DNA of 64,000 nucleotides from Marsupella aquatica (lineage: Eukaryota > Plantae > Marchantiophyta): assembly GCA_973895155.1 (NCBI GenBank), contig OZ316896.1, positions 9,259,539 through 9,323,538 of the forward strand. Reading direction: 5' to 3'. The notes below the pieces were generated by a model that saw nothing but the letters and a program-made list of their open reading frames with translations, ran no database searches and had not been told where the DNA came from. A program made the position numbers and the translations under genes. Of this stretch, positions 34,267-47,188 are shown piece after piece. Each line of letters starts with the position of its first letter. Within the stretch, counting starts at the first letter, position 1.

Positions 34267-37200
34267 ATGGAGAATTTGATAATCCTCGCCGAGTCAATGC
34301 AGCAGGCTGCAGCTCTGCTGGCAGACGAGGATGCCGAAGATGCATCGAAGCGAGTCCCTCCAACGTTTCTGAACGTCGTCGCGGTGGGAAATATTGTACG
34401 TACCGCTTCTTCGCTTCTTGTGATCTTTAACAGGTGGACTGGAACTGTGAAGGAAGGCAGCCGGCTATTGCAGGCGATCTCGAATCTGGCCAACAATGCT
34501 TGCTAAATGAAGCCAGAGATCACTCTCTCGTGAATGTGATGGAACCTGAGAGCTGCTTGTCGTTGAGCATCGGAGCTCATCGACCTTGCCTTCGTTGATG
34601 TTCCGAGTTGATCGTTGGAGTTGCTCTTCTGAACGTTTCTCTTGTGTCCGCTGCGCAGGGGGCAGGAAAGTCGGCAGTGCTGAACAGCCTCATCGGGCAT
34701 CCTGTACTGGTACGTGCGAATGGTTTCCACCTTCTTGACTCCGGGTACACCTGATCTGGGCTCCTCCGTTAATGTTGTAGACCGAAGCGCGGGTTATCCC
34801 TAATTCTCTATCTTAATTTTCGTGAGGGAATCCGCATCTCCGATTGCCTTGCTTTTTATTTTTTTCGAGCTGAGTAGTAGCTTTGCTTTTGTTTCGCCTC
34901 GGAAATACCTGGCCTGATATTTTACGTTGGGAGAAATGATGGATCCACTTGTCGGTTGAGATAGTGAGGGGAACGTGGGTCTGATCGTGGAGATCGAAGC
35001 CTCTTGACCTTTTATGCCCCGTTGTGGGAGCTTGTCTGTCGGAGATCCTTAGCCCATACATAAATGTGGGCCTCTTTCGTTTTTGGAGCATGTTACAATG
35101 TTGGCTTCTCTAAATAATCGCAACTGTCGTGGTTTTCTATCTCGTCAGGGTCCACATTAGACTGTCCTGACGATCCTTAGCCTTATTCTTCCGTTCCAGG
35201 TGTCGTCTAGTCTAAGTCTCAACTCGAGAAATTGAGAGAGAAGTGATCATTAAATTCTGTCGATAGCGTTTTCACCTATCATAGTTGAGTTTTGATGTGT
35301 ATGTGCACCTTATTTGGTCGTTGATCTGGTTATATCGGGTCTCTGTACAGCCTACCGGAGAAAATGGAGCTACTCGTGTCCCCATTCTGATAGAATTGCA
35401 ACGCGATGCGTCGAGCAGCAGACGAGGGTTGGCAATACAAGTTGATGGAAGAACACAATCTGTGTCTGCAAGTAAGATACTACTGTTTCGTATCGACAAT
35501 AGGTCGTAGTGGTCCCTGTGATGGTTAAAACTTTATAGCGTTGAGTGATTTCTTTTCAAGCTCACTGCCCCTGGCTAGAACCAGACGAGTTTGGTTCCTA
35601 ATCTAGAGTATATGGAGTAATTAAATGTGAGTCGGGAGAATTCCAGTTAGTCGTCAATGACGTAGACATAGGGACATCATTGTGGCATTCATTGTCTTGC
35701 AGGGCCGTCTACGTCATGAAGAAACGTTAGGGCCACATTTTCTCGGTTCCCTTTCATTTCGTACTCGTGTGATTTTGCCAATACTGTGATTTATTCTGAA
35801 TGAGTATATCTACCACCCTGCAGGTGAATTGAGGCATTCCCTTCAAGGCAGATTAAGCAAATGGCAGCCAAGCAAAAGTCGCTCAGAGGAAATTAATCTG
35901 AAGCTGCTTTCAAGCTCAGGTCTTTTATTAAGCCACCAGCTTTCAGCATTATTCTAGATTGTTGCTAAACGTACTGTAACCCCCATTTTAATTCTTAAAT
36001 GCAGTTATCATTATAATTGCTCTCGACATTAACAAATTAACTGTGTGGGAGCTGGTCTGCAATCCTGCCTGCAATGTGCCTTCCTCCCCAGTCATCACCG
36101 GGTTGTTGGCTTTGATCAGTCACAGAAGACATGAACCGTGGTTGAATCGGATTCTGTAGTTTTGAAAAGCATTATCCCACCTTCCAACTGGGTCCTCGAA
36201 GATGTAGATATGATCTTTGTGATTTCTCAATCTTGCTTGATGATTTCGTGATGGCTGAAGGTAGTAATGATCATGTCAAGTGTTTTACCATTTGTAATAG
36301 GAGTAAGATCCCGAAAGCTGTGTACATCAGTTTGTAATAAATCCGGTTTGAAGTACTTTCTAGTGGATAGTAGTAGCACTGACCTTCAAACTCTCAGCCA
36401 TACATACTTAGACAGCAGATGAGAAATGAATGCGGGTCTATGCAAAATGCCTACACTTCCGCGTTTGCCTTGTACTTTCAATACCTTCAACGTGATTATA
36501 TAGTAGACATAAGTTTTCACATATGTTTGCTTCTGTGTATATCTTGGTAGACTTATTGATTACTCTGGCTGTTGATGCAGCTCCGCCTTTGAAGTTGATT
36601 GATTTACCTGGGCTTGAACAGCGCTCAGCCTTGGAAGATTCCCTGGTTAGTCGCAGTCTTGTACCTATAGCTTATGATTAAATGGTGGCTGCTGCTGCTT
36701 TATTTCTCTAGACGTGCTCACTTGTGGCGTTCTTGCAGTTTTATCCTAGGGTTGGGCAGTCATGTAGACTGCGTGTTTCCCGCAAATGATGGTCCGCAGG
36801 TTGCCAGACTCTGCTAGCTAGGTAGTGACAGTAGCTGATGGCAATTGGGTTTTCCCTATGTGGTGTGAAATATCCTCGGCTCTGAATCTGTTTTCTGCTT
36901 AATGCAGGTGCAAGATTATGCGGAACACTCTGATTCTATCCTATTACTCGTGGTACCTGCAACACAAGCACGTGATATAATGGGATCTCGAGGCTTGAAA
37001 TTGGTCCAAGAATTGGATCCTGAGGGTAGGATTACTATGATCTTTCCTTAACAGACTGATGGGGGATGCCCCCGTATGGAGCGGACTATTAACATGGTGG
37101 TTAGGCCATTTTATTATAGTTGTACCAGGCTTTCTGTCCTTTTTTGTCTGCTATCCAGGCGCTACTCCTTTATTAAACAGTGTCGCTTAAGAGACATACC

Positions 37201-40200
37201 AAACGAATCCTTAGTCATGCAGTTGAATTATTTATTTTCTAATCTGCAAAATAAGTACCTATTCGTTTTGGTTGCTAGGTCAATCGATTCCAGATATCGT
37301 TAGATCACATGATCCTTACATGTATTTGTATTCGAACAGGGACTAGGACGGTAGGTGTCATCAGTAAAGTGGACCAAGCTGCTTCGGATCAGAGAAGCTT
37401 GGCTGCTGTGCAAGCTCTTCTGTCTGGTCAAGGTCCTTCTTCCACGATGGAATTTCCATGGGTGGCTCTAATTGGCCAGTCCGTATCAATTGCGGCGGCC
37501 CATGCTGGTAGTGGAGCTGAAGATTCTCTCGAGACTGCGTGGAAGGCAGAAGCAGAGTCTTTGAAATCTATATTAAGTGGTGCATCTTCTTCAAAGCTTG
37601 GAAGGATTGCCCTTGTAGAAACGCTTTCGAGACAGATTCACAAGCGGCTGAAAAGTCGACTTCCTGCGATTCTTTCTGGGTACTACCTGGTTACAGTGTT
37701 TTTGGTTGGTGGTGTAATTAATGGTATTGGGTTTCTAGTTTGAGGACTTAGCCGGGTATAGTTTTCTATTTGACATCCAGGAGGCAGTTGGAGGTCTTAG
37801 GGCAGGGTAGAAGATCTTGGTAAATCTACTGCAAATAATAGAGTAGCTCAGCTAGGCAACTAGTGCTGACAGGCATAAGTTCTTGAAGCAATTGCTCCGA
37901 TACGGGTGTGGTGGTAATAGCGTGACCGTCATTTGTTTCCAACGTATTTACTTTTCTTTTTCTTTCGTGGCAGGTTGGAGGGGAAATCACAGGTTGTGGA
38001 AGAAGAGTTGGTGAGGCTAGGAGAAATGAGGGTGGAGACTGTGGAGGGCACTCGTTCGATTGCTCTGGAACTTTGTCGCGAATTTGATGACAAGTTCCTA
38101 GAAACCATGTCGTCAGGAGAGGTATAGGCATTTGAGCTTCCTGTGCCCTGCGCGACTTTGTGTTGTAGGTGTTTATTTTGTTCTGCTTGCTGTGCCGACT
38201 ATAACTGGACGTTTTGAGTTAGTTTGTACGTCTGCGTGGGATAGCATAGAAGTAAAAGGCTCGCACTGATATGTTCTCAAGATGAAACTTTTCAGGTTGG
38301 AGGTTGGAAGGTAGTTTCAAGCTTCGAAGGGACATTGCCCCAAAGATTTAGGAGTCTTCCACTCCAGTCGCTCTTTGAGATGAATAGCGTGAAAAAGGTA
38401 TAGGCTAACGTCCACCTCGATTCAAATCTTACATGCGTGGTTTGGCCAACATTTGGTATCATATTTGTTGTTGGTATTTGCATTCTCTGTCCGACAATAT
38501 CTCTAGTATAATTTAAGCAATGAAGGAGCTACCATTGAACTAATGGTTCTAATCGTTCTTTTCTCCTGCCAGCTTGTCCTGGAGGCAGATGGGTATCAGC
38601 CATATCTACTGTCACCAGAGAAGGGGTTGCGGGCACTCGTGAGAAAAGCATTGGAGCTGGCAAAAGATCCTGCAAAGAGCTGTGTTGATGAAGTACGTGG
38701 GTTTGAGACTGCTGCTTTTTGTGTAGCGAGGAGTTTTGCAACTGAAATGGAACAATCGAATGCTATGAATTAGATTTTCTGGTTGGCTTTTTAACGATTG
38801 ATTGGTTCGGCGGTAAGTTAGGTTCAGAGTTTAGGTGGAGATACAAAGCCTGATTAGGTCGGTTGGTGGTTTGTACCTAGTAGACAAATGGAAAATGATT
38901 GCATTGCTTTGTTAATGGCAGGTACATCGAATCCTTGTGGACATTGTTTCTGCCGCTGCAAATGCAACTCCTGGGTTGGGTCGATATCCACCTCTCAAGA
39001 GAGAGGTAATGCCTTGGATTTGATTTTTCAATTTGGAATGACTTTCTTGTTATTTGATCAAGTTCAGGTTCATGTGCAAATATCCAGAGAGGATGAGAGT
39101 GCTTGCCTAAGTACCTTTTGGAACGTTTGACAACATTACATACAGCCGGTGACGTTTTTTATTTATGCCACCAGATTGTCGCAATAGCCAGTTCAGCGCT
39201 TGACGGTTATCGGAACGAAGCAAGGAACATGGTGATTGCTCTTGTAGATATGGAACGGGCTTTTATACCACCTCAACATTTTATTAGGCTGGTGCAACGC
39301 AGGTAAGGGATGCTCTGTACCGGATAAGGACTGCACAGCTGATTTAGTGACAATTCCTTTACCTTGTGTTGATCATTGGTCACACGTCTACTGTTGCTAT
39401 TCATTGTGGAAGATTAATAAGACCTTGCTTGTGCCTTGGCTAATGTTTACAGAGTTGTCAGGGAAATGCTACATAAAACAGTCGCTTCCCAGCAAACACT
39501 GTTTGGCACTACCTCTAATGGTGCATCAATTGATTCTGTAATATAATACCCGATATTTTCTGATTCAGGATGGATAAACTTCGAAGAGAAGAAGAGTTGA
39601 AGGGAGGAACCAGGAAAAAAGCAGTGGAAGCTGAGAATTCTTTATTGAACAAGGTATGCTTCCACTGTTGCAAGTTGTCGCGATAGCGAGTCTTCAAACC
39701 TGGCTGGACTGCTAGCCCGTTTGAGAGATTGTCTTAGTTGGTTTGAGGTGGAAGGAGAGAGACATGATACAATGTCATGAAAGGTTTAACTAATTGGGCA
39801 ATGTTTTGGCTATTATAGGCGACAGCACCCCAAGCTGCCACTGGGAGCTTGAAGGCACAAAAGGAGAAGCAGGATAAGGAGAAAGACAATCCTGAGCCAG
39901 CATCTTCCTTACAAACTGCCGGGCCAAATGGGGAAATTGTAGCAGGTTGTGCACTTGATTTTACAGATGCAATTGCAAAACCTTCATATCTCAGCACTGC
40001 TTTGCGAATGTTGTGTCAAGGATGTTGTCTGCATGGAAAACATTCCAGTCACCGAAATCCTCAACCAGCAACTAAATCAAGGTTCTACTGGCTTTGCAGG
40101 ATATCTTTCGAAACAAAGTGCAAAGACCAACCAATGGACAAAGCGCTGGTTTGTTCTTAATGAGAAGACAGCTAAGGTACTGTAATAAAGATATTGATTG

Positions 40201-42450
40201 CCGCTTGAGACAGTTGTCACCCCTTGCTTAAATGTTGATATTCCTAGTTTGCTGTCTCCGGGAAGGTATTAGAGTCACAGATGTTGGCTGTCGGCTATAA
40301 AGTTGGTCCAGAGATGTATAGCTTTCGATATTCCAAGAAATTCGCACAGCATCTCTGAAGTGAATGTGTCTGTGTGCAGTTTAGCTACACCAAAAAGCCA
40401 GAGGAGAAGCACTTCCGAGGAGTCATCACCCTTGAGGTAAAGGTTATTCCTGCTGACGTTAGTCCTAGCCATGCTGTTTGATTTCAGCGATTCGTCGGAG
40501 TTTTGAAAGTGGATGCACAGTAAAGTTGTGTTTGATTGTCCAGGAATGTCTCATTGAAGATGCTACTGAGGAGGACATGGAAGTTGCACCAGCTGAGCCC
40601 GTCAAAAAGTCTAGCTCCAAGAGCAAGAAGGATAAAGCAGGTGATGAAATTCCGGCTGCAAGCTTGGCTTTCAAAATCAGCAACAAAGTACCATACAAAA
40701 CGGTCCTCAAAGGTATGCTGTTGTGTCCTCCCAGTTCGCTGTTGTTGACATTTGATAGAGTTATTCGTCGTTGGGTCGTACTGTTATATTTTCTATCAAT
40801 TTAGTGCAAACTAATTCTTCATTTCGTCGATTGCACGTGTCTTCGGGATGAGCTTTCTTACCAAGGACAGTTTGTGCACAAGATCATGAGTGTGCTGTGT
40901 TGACTTACAAGGCTATGTTTCCTTTCGCAGCACACCATTCAATTGTCTTGAAGGCTGACAACATGGCGGATAAGCTGGATTGGATGACTAGACTAAGAAA
41001 ATGCATGGGAAGTGCTCCAGCTCCAAAGGAATCAGAATCAACGGGGAAGAAGGGATCCACAATGAAAACGTCGTCCTCTGCACCTTCTCTAACTGAAACA
41101 AACCGTGCAGCATCAGACGGCCCTGTGGTATGTCATTAATTTCCTCCATCGATGGACGATTCCCCTTGCAGGATAGTTATTACGAAGTTTGTCTGCTTTT
41201 ATAGCCACCCCGCCGCCTATTGATTGCGGTTTCTTGGCCAATATGACTAGGATCCGGTCTTTCAAAGGAGGCCTATCGACCCGGAGGAGGATCTCAGGCT
41301 TATGGCACAGGAAGTGCGGGATTATGTAGAAGCTGTTCTGAACAGCTTGTCAGCAAACATTCCTAAGGTGAGTCTGCCATCTATAGCGTGTCGCCAAGTT
41401 AGTGCTACATTGGCATTTTGTTCAAACTGTTTCAATATTGGAGATTCTGTTAGATATACGTAGTTCCTCTAGATTTGGTTCTTGATGTCTGACTTTGTGT
41501 TACGTATGGCCGAGCAGGCAGTGGTCCTTTGTCAAGTGGAGAGATCAAAAGATGCAATGCTTCCTCAATTGTATAGCTCCTTAAGGTTTGTACAATCGGT
41601 GCTTGGCTTACTGGCAGTTTTTCTATGGTTTGAGTGCTTAAGCATTCTAACAATCTAACTGATAAGTCTTATGGGAGAAGCAAGTTATGGTCTGAGTATA
41701 TTCAGTTGGTAAAATACTTTCGCGACGAGTGTAGTTTGAGGGAGACGACGTTGCTGATCGAGCATACAGATGCCATTCTAGGTTTATGTACTGTCAATTG
41801 GAATTGTTTTTACGGCTACTTACCGGAAAAAAGATGAGCAAGGAATTACAGGAAGTCAGAAATAGCCAGGATTGGGATGTTGTCGGCACAAATTCTGACT
41901 GTATAAGCCCGGAAATGCTTTTTGTACAGCTCGCATACTACAGCAAAAATTCAGGAGCTATTACAAGAGGATCAAGGTGTAAAGAAACGCAGGGATAAAG
42001 TGCAACGCCAAGCTTCTCTCCTAACAAAGCTGACCCGTCAGCTTAGTATACATGAAGCTCGTGCATCTAATGCTGAGGGATTTAGTGGTCCTGACAGTAA
42101 TGGTAAGCTTCTGCTCTCTTTATATTTAGTCAGTTGGAGCCTAAAATTTCTGTCAGTTGACTTTTCCTAATACCTGTAAGTTTTTATTTTATCTACTCTT
42201 TTGCACAGGATCTTCTACCCCGAAAGCGGCAGAACCAGACGATTGGCGAGTTGCCTTTGAAGAGGCTGGAAGTGCATCACGGTCGAGTGCACCAAGTCCT
42301 CGCGGTAGCTCACGGATGGGGAATGGTGATGTAAGTTCACGCTACGGTGATAACGATGAAAATGGGGATCTGGGTTCACAGAGCATGAGGAGGACTCCAG
42401 GCCGCCTCCCTCCACCTCCTCCAGGCAGCAACATGTATAATAGATATTAA
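34267..42450 (+). CDS. DRP2: Dynamin-related protein 2 (DRP2A/B-type classical dynamin), about 22 exons
   Basis: GT-AG exons splice to [29 protein letters not shown]|[17 protein letters not shown]|[41 protein letters not shown] domain ([21 protein letters not shown]), GED ([17 protein letters not shown]) and a Pro-rich end RLPPPPPG...YNRY*. Confidence 0.96.
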
Positions 42451-44470
42451 GCAGTCGAAATTTGCTTCTCCGGCAAAGCTCCTGGGTTTCATGGAGTAAC
42501 TTCACTCTCTGTGTGGCACTCCCTTTAGCAGTAGTGCGCACCATTCGTTCGGGTCCGAGGTAGGATAAGTTGAATCCATTTTTTCTGGGTGAGGTGGGTT
42601 TTGTGGGTTGACCTATGAGTCACCCACAATATATTTTTAAGATGACATGTCATGTTGTCCTATGTTATGTTAAATCCCGACATCTGAATTTGCGGTCAGT
42701 GACTGCGAAGCTTCAGTCCTCTTGTAATTGAGTACGCCCATCCCCTTCGCCCAGGTTGCAATATATTAGACCAAACCTATGTTTTTTCTTAAATGCTTTT
42801 TGCGGGCTCGCTGCTTTTCGTGTTCTCACCAATGATGTCCTAGTCTCGCGTTGAGCTCAGATCGCCAGTCCGAGTCTTCTGATTACGAGTCGCTTGTGGT
42901 ATCAATCCCCTCGTCACGATTTTCGAGTACAGTATTTCTTACCACTGGTGCTTCCATTTTCTCTAAAATCCGTCCCTCAGGGCGGCTTCCATATTATTAG
43001 AATTGGAATAGAGATAAAATTGCATCTACTTTTGTTGTGGGAAGCTTCTCGAAGGCTTGGACTACTAGTCACCTAGGATCACTTTTAAGAACGGCTCGAT
43101 TGTACTGGATGGTCATGGGGCTATACTCTGCTCACAGAATTCCCAGTCATGAACGCTTTGTTCTAGCCAGGAAAACATTTGTTCTCCTATGTCCCGGTCA
43201 TTGAGTGATGCAACAATGAAAGCTTGAGGTGAGAAATGGTCGAATGAGACAAGGTAAGGCAACTCTCGTAAAACTATTAAACTGACACTATGCAGGTGGA
43301 CCGCATTGCTTTCAACCCTTTCATGCGTAGTCTCACACAAGGTTAACCTGAATTAACCAATGGTTTGGGTAGTATAATGAAATTCCTTTCTGGAGGGGCA
43401 CAGAGGATGGAAGCCTGGATGGACGCCTGTATTTGTCAAAACGGGTTGGAACCGTGATGGGGTGAAGTGACGCTCTTGTCAGCTCATCTAGTACATACAT
43501 TGCACCAATGAGCGAAATGTGACAAGCAAACCATATCATATATGGAAATTTGTAGGTTTCTCAATGAAATTTGGATATTGAACGACCATTGTGGCCATAT
43601 CATAGTTTGTCCATGTTATCCGCTAGCAAGTGCAGAAAATAATCAAATAATGGAGTAAAATCATCTTAATTGAAGACAAAGTGTAACATGCTTTAATATA
43701 TAAACAAAGTCCTGCAAATATGTCCATAAGTTGAATACAACAAAACATGCACAATCTTTATGGACCCCAAACAAGTCTTTTGCAAAATCCCTAGAGTGAT
43801 TGAAATTGGTTTATGCCACCAAGAGAACCCAACAAACAAATACGACCATTTTTGTATTTGTTGTGAGCTGCGAAAAACGGTTGGAAGGGTAAAGACTTAG
43901 GAAATGAAAAACTAACATTTCAATAAACAAACAGTGGAGTTTTAGTTCATTTACTTAACAAACAACAAAAACTAACCCTCGTCATTGGGTCTGATCACTT
44001 GCTACAAAAGAGGACAGTGGATGAAGGGTTTAGAATGATTGAAATTGATTCCACAATAGTCACAAGAAAATATGCATGTCATCAGATTTCTTAGATCAAT
44101 GAATGAGATCAAAATTTGATAATTAACCATGGCGCTGTGCACTTTGAATCGCCTTACTTTAAGTTAATCACTTGTTCTTTTGGGATTGTCATGATGTTTT
44201 TTAATATGTGCTACCAAGGGTTGTCAATATCCTAAGATGAATCAAAGAGTTTTTTAGGGATATGATATTTTTCTCAAGCTTGTTTGGGCTGAAACTTTTC
44301 ATATTGCTTCATAGCTTTTGGGACCTACTTACTAGATAAATTTGAGGAAAAATAAAGGATTTCCCAAAACTTCCTGCTAACCTCATCAAAACAATGAGAT
44401 GATATAGATTAAAGGGAATTAAAGGGAGATAGCATTGGGGAAAACATGGGTGGAGTGTAAGGGTGGGAAG

Positions 44471-44999
44471 TGTTGGGTATTTACTCTTACGTCTAGGTTA
44501 GGTATGACGTGGTTGGTACAACAACGTGGGTTGGTACAACTACGTGGTTAGGTACAACTACGTGATTAGGTACAACTATGTGGTTAGGTACAACTACGTG
44601 ATTAGGTACAACTATGTGGTTAGGTACAACTACGTGATTAGGTACAACTATGTGGTTAGGTACAACTACGTGATTAGGTACAACTATGTGGTTAGGTATA
44701 ACTATGTGGTTAGGTACAACTATGTGGTTAGGTACAACTAAGTTGCACACTATATCATAAGAGGCATGTGTGCTTGGAGAGGTAGAACCAAGGCTCATTG
44801 TTATGGAGCCACTTGAGAGATAGGGAGAGCTTACACTGTGGAGACTCGGTATAGCCGACGGGCTTAGAGTTCAGTAAAGCTCTCTTGTGTGTTCCCGTGG
44901 ACGTAGCCTCAAGGAGGTGAACCACGTATCTCTTGTGTCGACTATTGTGCGTTGGATGGTTCATGGGCTTGCCGTTGCGATCGTCGTCTATGCTCAACA
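44471..44999 (+). repeat. 5' LTR of Copia element 2 with an 18-bp tandem array (~13 units, 44495-44740)
   Basis: Unit g(g/a)ttaggtacaacta(c/t)gt; TG...CA ends. Confidence 0.95.
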
Positions 45000-46153
45000 A
45001 TTGGTATCAGAGCATGCTTGGGAGGTGACGTGTGTTCGTGACGGGATTTCATGACGGTTTTTCCAGCGTTGAGTGTTGGTGGATTTTCCAGAGTTCCATC
45101 GCATGGAACTTGGAGTTTATGGGCTCAACGGATAGATCAGGGCAAGAGCTTTCTAACGGTGTGAAGAAATCGTTGAACGGAGCTCGTGGTGCAGAGAGAT
45201 CTAAGTTTTCGTCGTTCTGGATTTTGTGAAGAAAGTTGGCAATCGACTCGGAGGGAGAAGCGTCAAGTGTTTTGACTCAACGGAGAGATTGAGGCAAGAC
45301 GATTGTTTTTGAGTCCGGGATTGGCTCTTTGATGCAAAGAGGAAGGCTAAGCAAAATCAATTACCTTGTTGGACTTGGTGACGACACCAAGTGCAATTGA
45401 TCAACATTCGTTGTTGACAAGGTACCATTTTTTTCTCTTTGAAAAACTGATTCGAAATTGGCTATGGCAATTGAGAGAAATCTGTCATCTTTACCAATTT
45501 TTTTCTCCCTCGTTCTTTCCTCGTTTTGGGTGCTTCTTATATCGATCTTCATCGCCTCGGAGTCTAGTTTCCAAATCTGAAATCGGATCTTGATTTAGTC
45601 AAAACCCGAGTGAGATATCTTGCGTTTGGTGTCGAGGGGTACATTCTGCCGTGTGTATTTTCTGCGCGCGCGACCAGATTTCGACGACGAAGGGTGGTAG
45701 GGGGTTTTGGGGGTTCGAGGACACATGTCAGCCCCTCGATTGTTCTTCCAAAATTCCCACAGGGCCTGTACAAGGGTCATAGAATATTCCAAAAAACCAG
45801 AGAGCTATTTTTTGACCGTCCGACAAAGATTTCATCCGCCGAACGGTAACTTTTTTGGTTATTTTTCGGCGAGGTCGTAGCCATTGAAGTTGGCAATGCA
45901 GCGCACCAATCACATCGCAATTCCGACAACGGGTTGTACTTGGTATTTCGGTTATTCCCTGAGGTGGTCAAAACGGGGGAGTTTCCCAAGGTTTTACCCA
46001 CCTCGACCGAAATTTGAATAACTTTTCCGTCAAATTTCGATTTTGATTTCGGTTTTCAGTATTGGACTCCTAGCTTTGTGGGCTACGCGGCGGTGTTGAG
46101 TTTCGAGTTTTTTGAGAAGTTGTGAAAAACAACATTTTTTGTGACTTTCTCAT

Positions 46154-47188
46154 ATGAGTGATTCGGAGGAGTTTTTCGAAGACGTGGAACTTGAAGCACG
46201 AGGGTCACCGCGGATGTTTCAGGGGCAGAGAGAGGAGCAGGAGGAAGAGCACGTGACACCGATACCATCACCGGTGCGGCGTGTGGTGGAGGAAGCAGTA
46301 CTACTACCGGAGCTCACGGTAAAGAAGAAGATGGGGACTTTCAAGCTTGGGGGACCCAAGTATGAAGTGACAAAGTATGATGGGCGCTCTGACTACTTGC
46401 TATGGGAGAAGCAGGTGAAGGGAGTGCTTTATGCGTCAGGGATGGGCCAACTGCTGAGCCCTCGTGAAGACGATGTTGATGAGAAACAATGGGACCGCAT
46501 GCAGGAGCAGGGAGTGTGGTGTGTTACACTCTATCTCATGCCTCCCATCATCAAGCAGTTGGGTGCACATAAGGATTGCATGTCCTTATTTGCGGAATTG
46601 CAGAGCAAGTATCACCGCAAGGAGTTGTCGAACCGGCTCTACACTTCCTACAAACTGATGAGTTTCAGGATGAAGGAATCTGGTACGAAGTTGCAAGACC
46701 ATGTGGATGCTTTCAACGACATGGTCGTTGACTTGGAAAACCTTGGGGAGACTTTGAATGATGAGACGAAGGCTCTGCAGCTTCTTAGTTCATTGCCTCC
46801 ATCTTACCAGTCCCTATCACGAGTGTTGTTGCATCGTGATAGGGATACCATTTCATACAATGACGTGGTAAGTTCTCTGCTTAGTGATGATCTTCAGCAG
46901 AAGATGCACATCACGTCACAGCCTTCATCATCTGGTGCTGCCCTCAATGTTAACCGTGGGAGGAGTATGCAGCGACCAACTGGGGACCGTAGAACCCAGT
47001 TTAGATCTAAATCCAGATCTAAGTCCAAGGGTAAATCCCCTCAGAGGAGGCAGGTGACATGTTGGAAGTGCAACCAAGTTGGACACTTCAAGCGAGACTG
47101 TAAGGGAAAGGCAGCGGAAACTTCATCGGCAAATGTGGCTAGGGCTGATGGAGAAGCTGATTTACTCAATGATGAGTATGTTTTATGA
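46154..47188 (+). CDS. gag: Copia gag
   Basis: 344-aa ORF with LLSSLPPSY and CWKCNQVGHFKRDC; ends in TGA in frame with the protease. Confidence 0.93.
   Translation: MSDSEEFFEDVELEARGSPRMFQGQREEQEEEHVTPIPSPVRRVVEEAVLLPELTVKKKMGTFKLGGPKYEVTKYDGRSDYLLWEKQVKGVLYASGMGQLLSPREDDVDEKQWDRMQEQGVWCVTLYLMPPIIKQLGAHKDCMSLFAELQSKYHRKELSNRLYTSYKLMSFRMKESGTKLQDHVDAFNDMVVDLENLGETLNDETKALQLLSSLPPSYQSLSRVLLHRDRDTISYNDVVSSLLSDDLQQKMHITSQPSSSGAALNVNRGRSMQRPTGDRRTQFRSKSRSKSKGKSPQRRQVTCWKCNQVGHFKRDCKGKAAETSSANVARADGEADLLNDEYVL

Noticed and set aside
44493-44798. ORFs encoding (VVPNH)n / (VVRYNY)n, also at 50676-50981
   Set aside because: Translations of the 18-bp LTR minisatellite; no evidence of coding.
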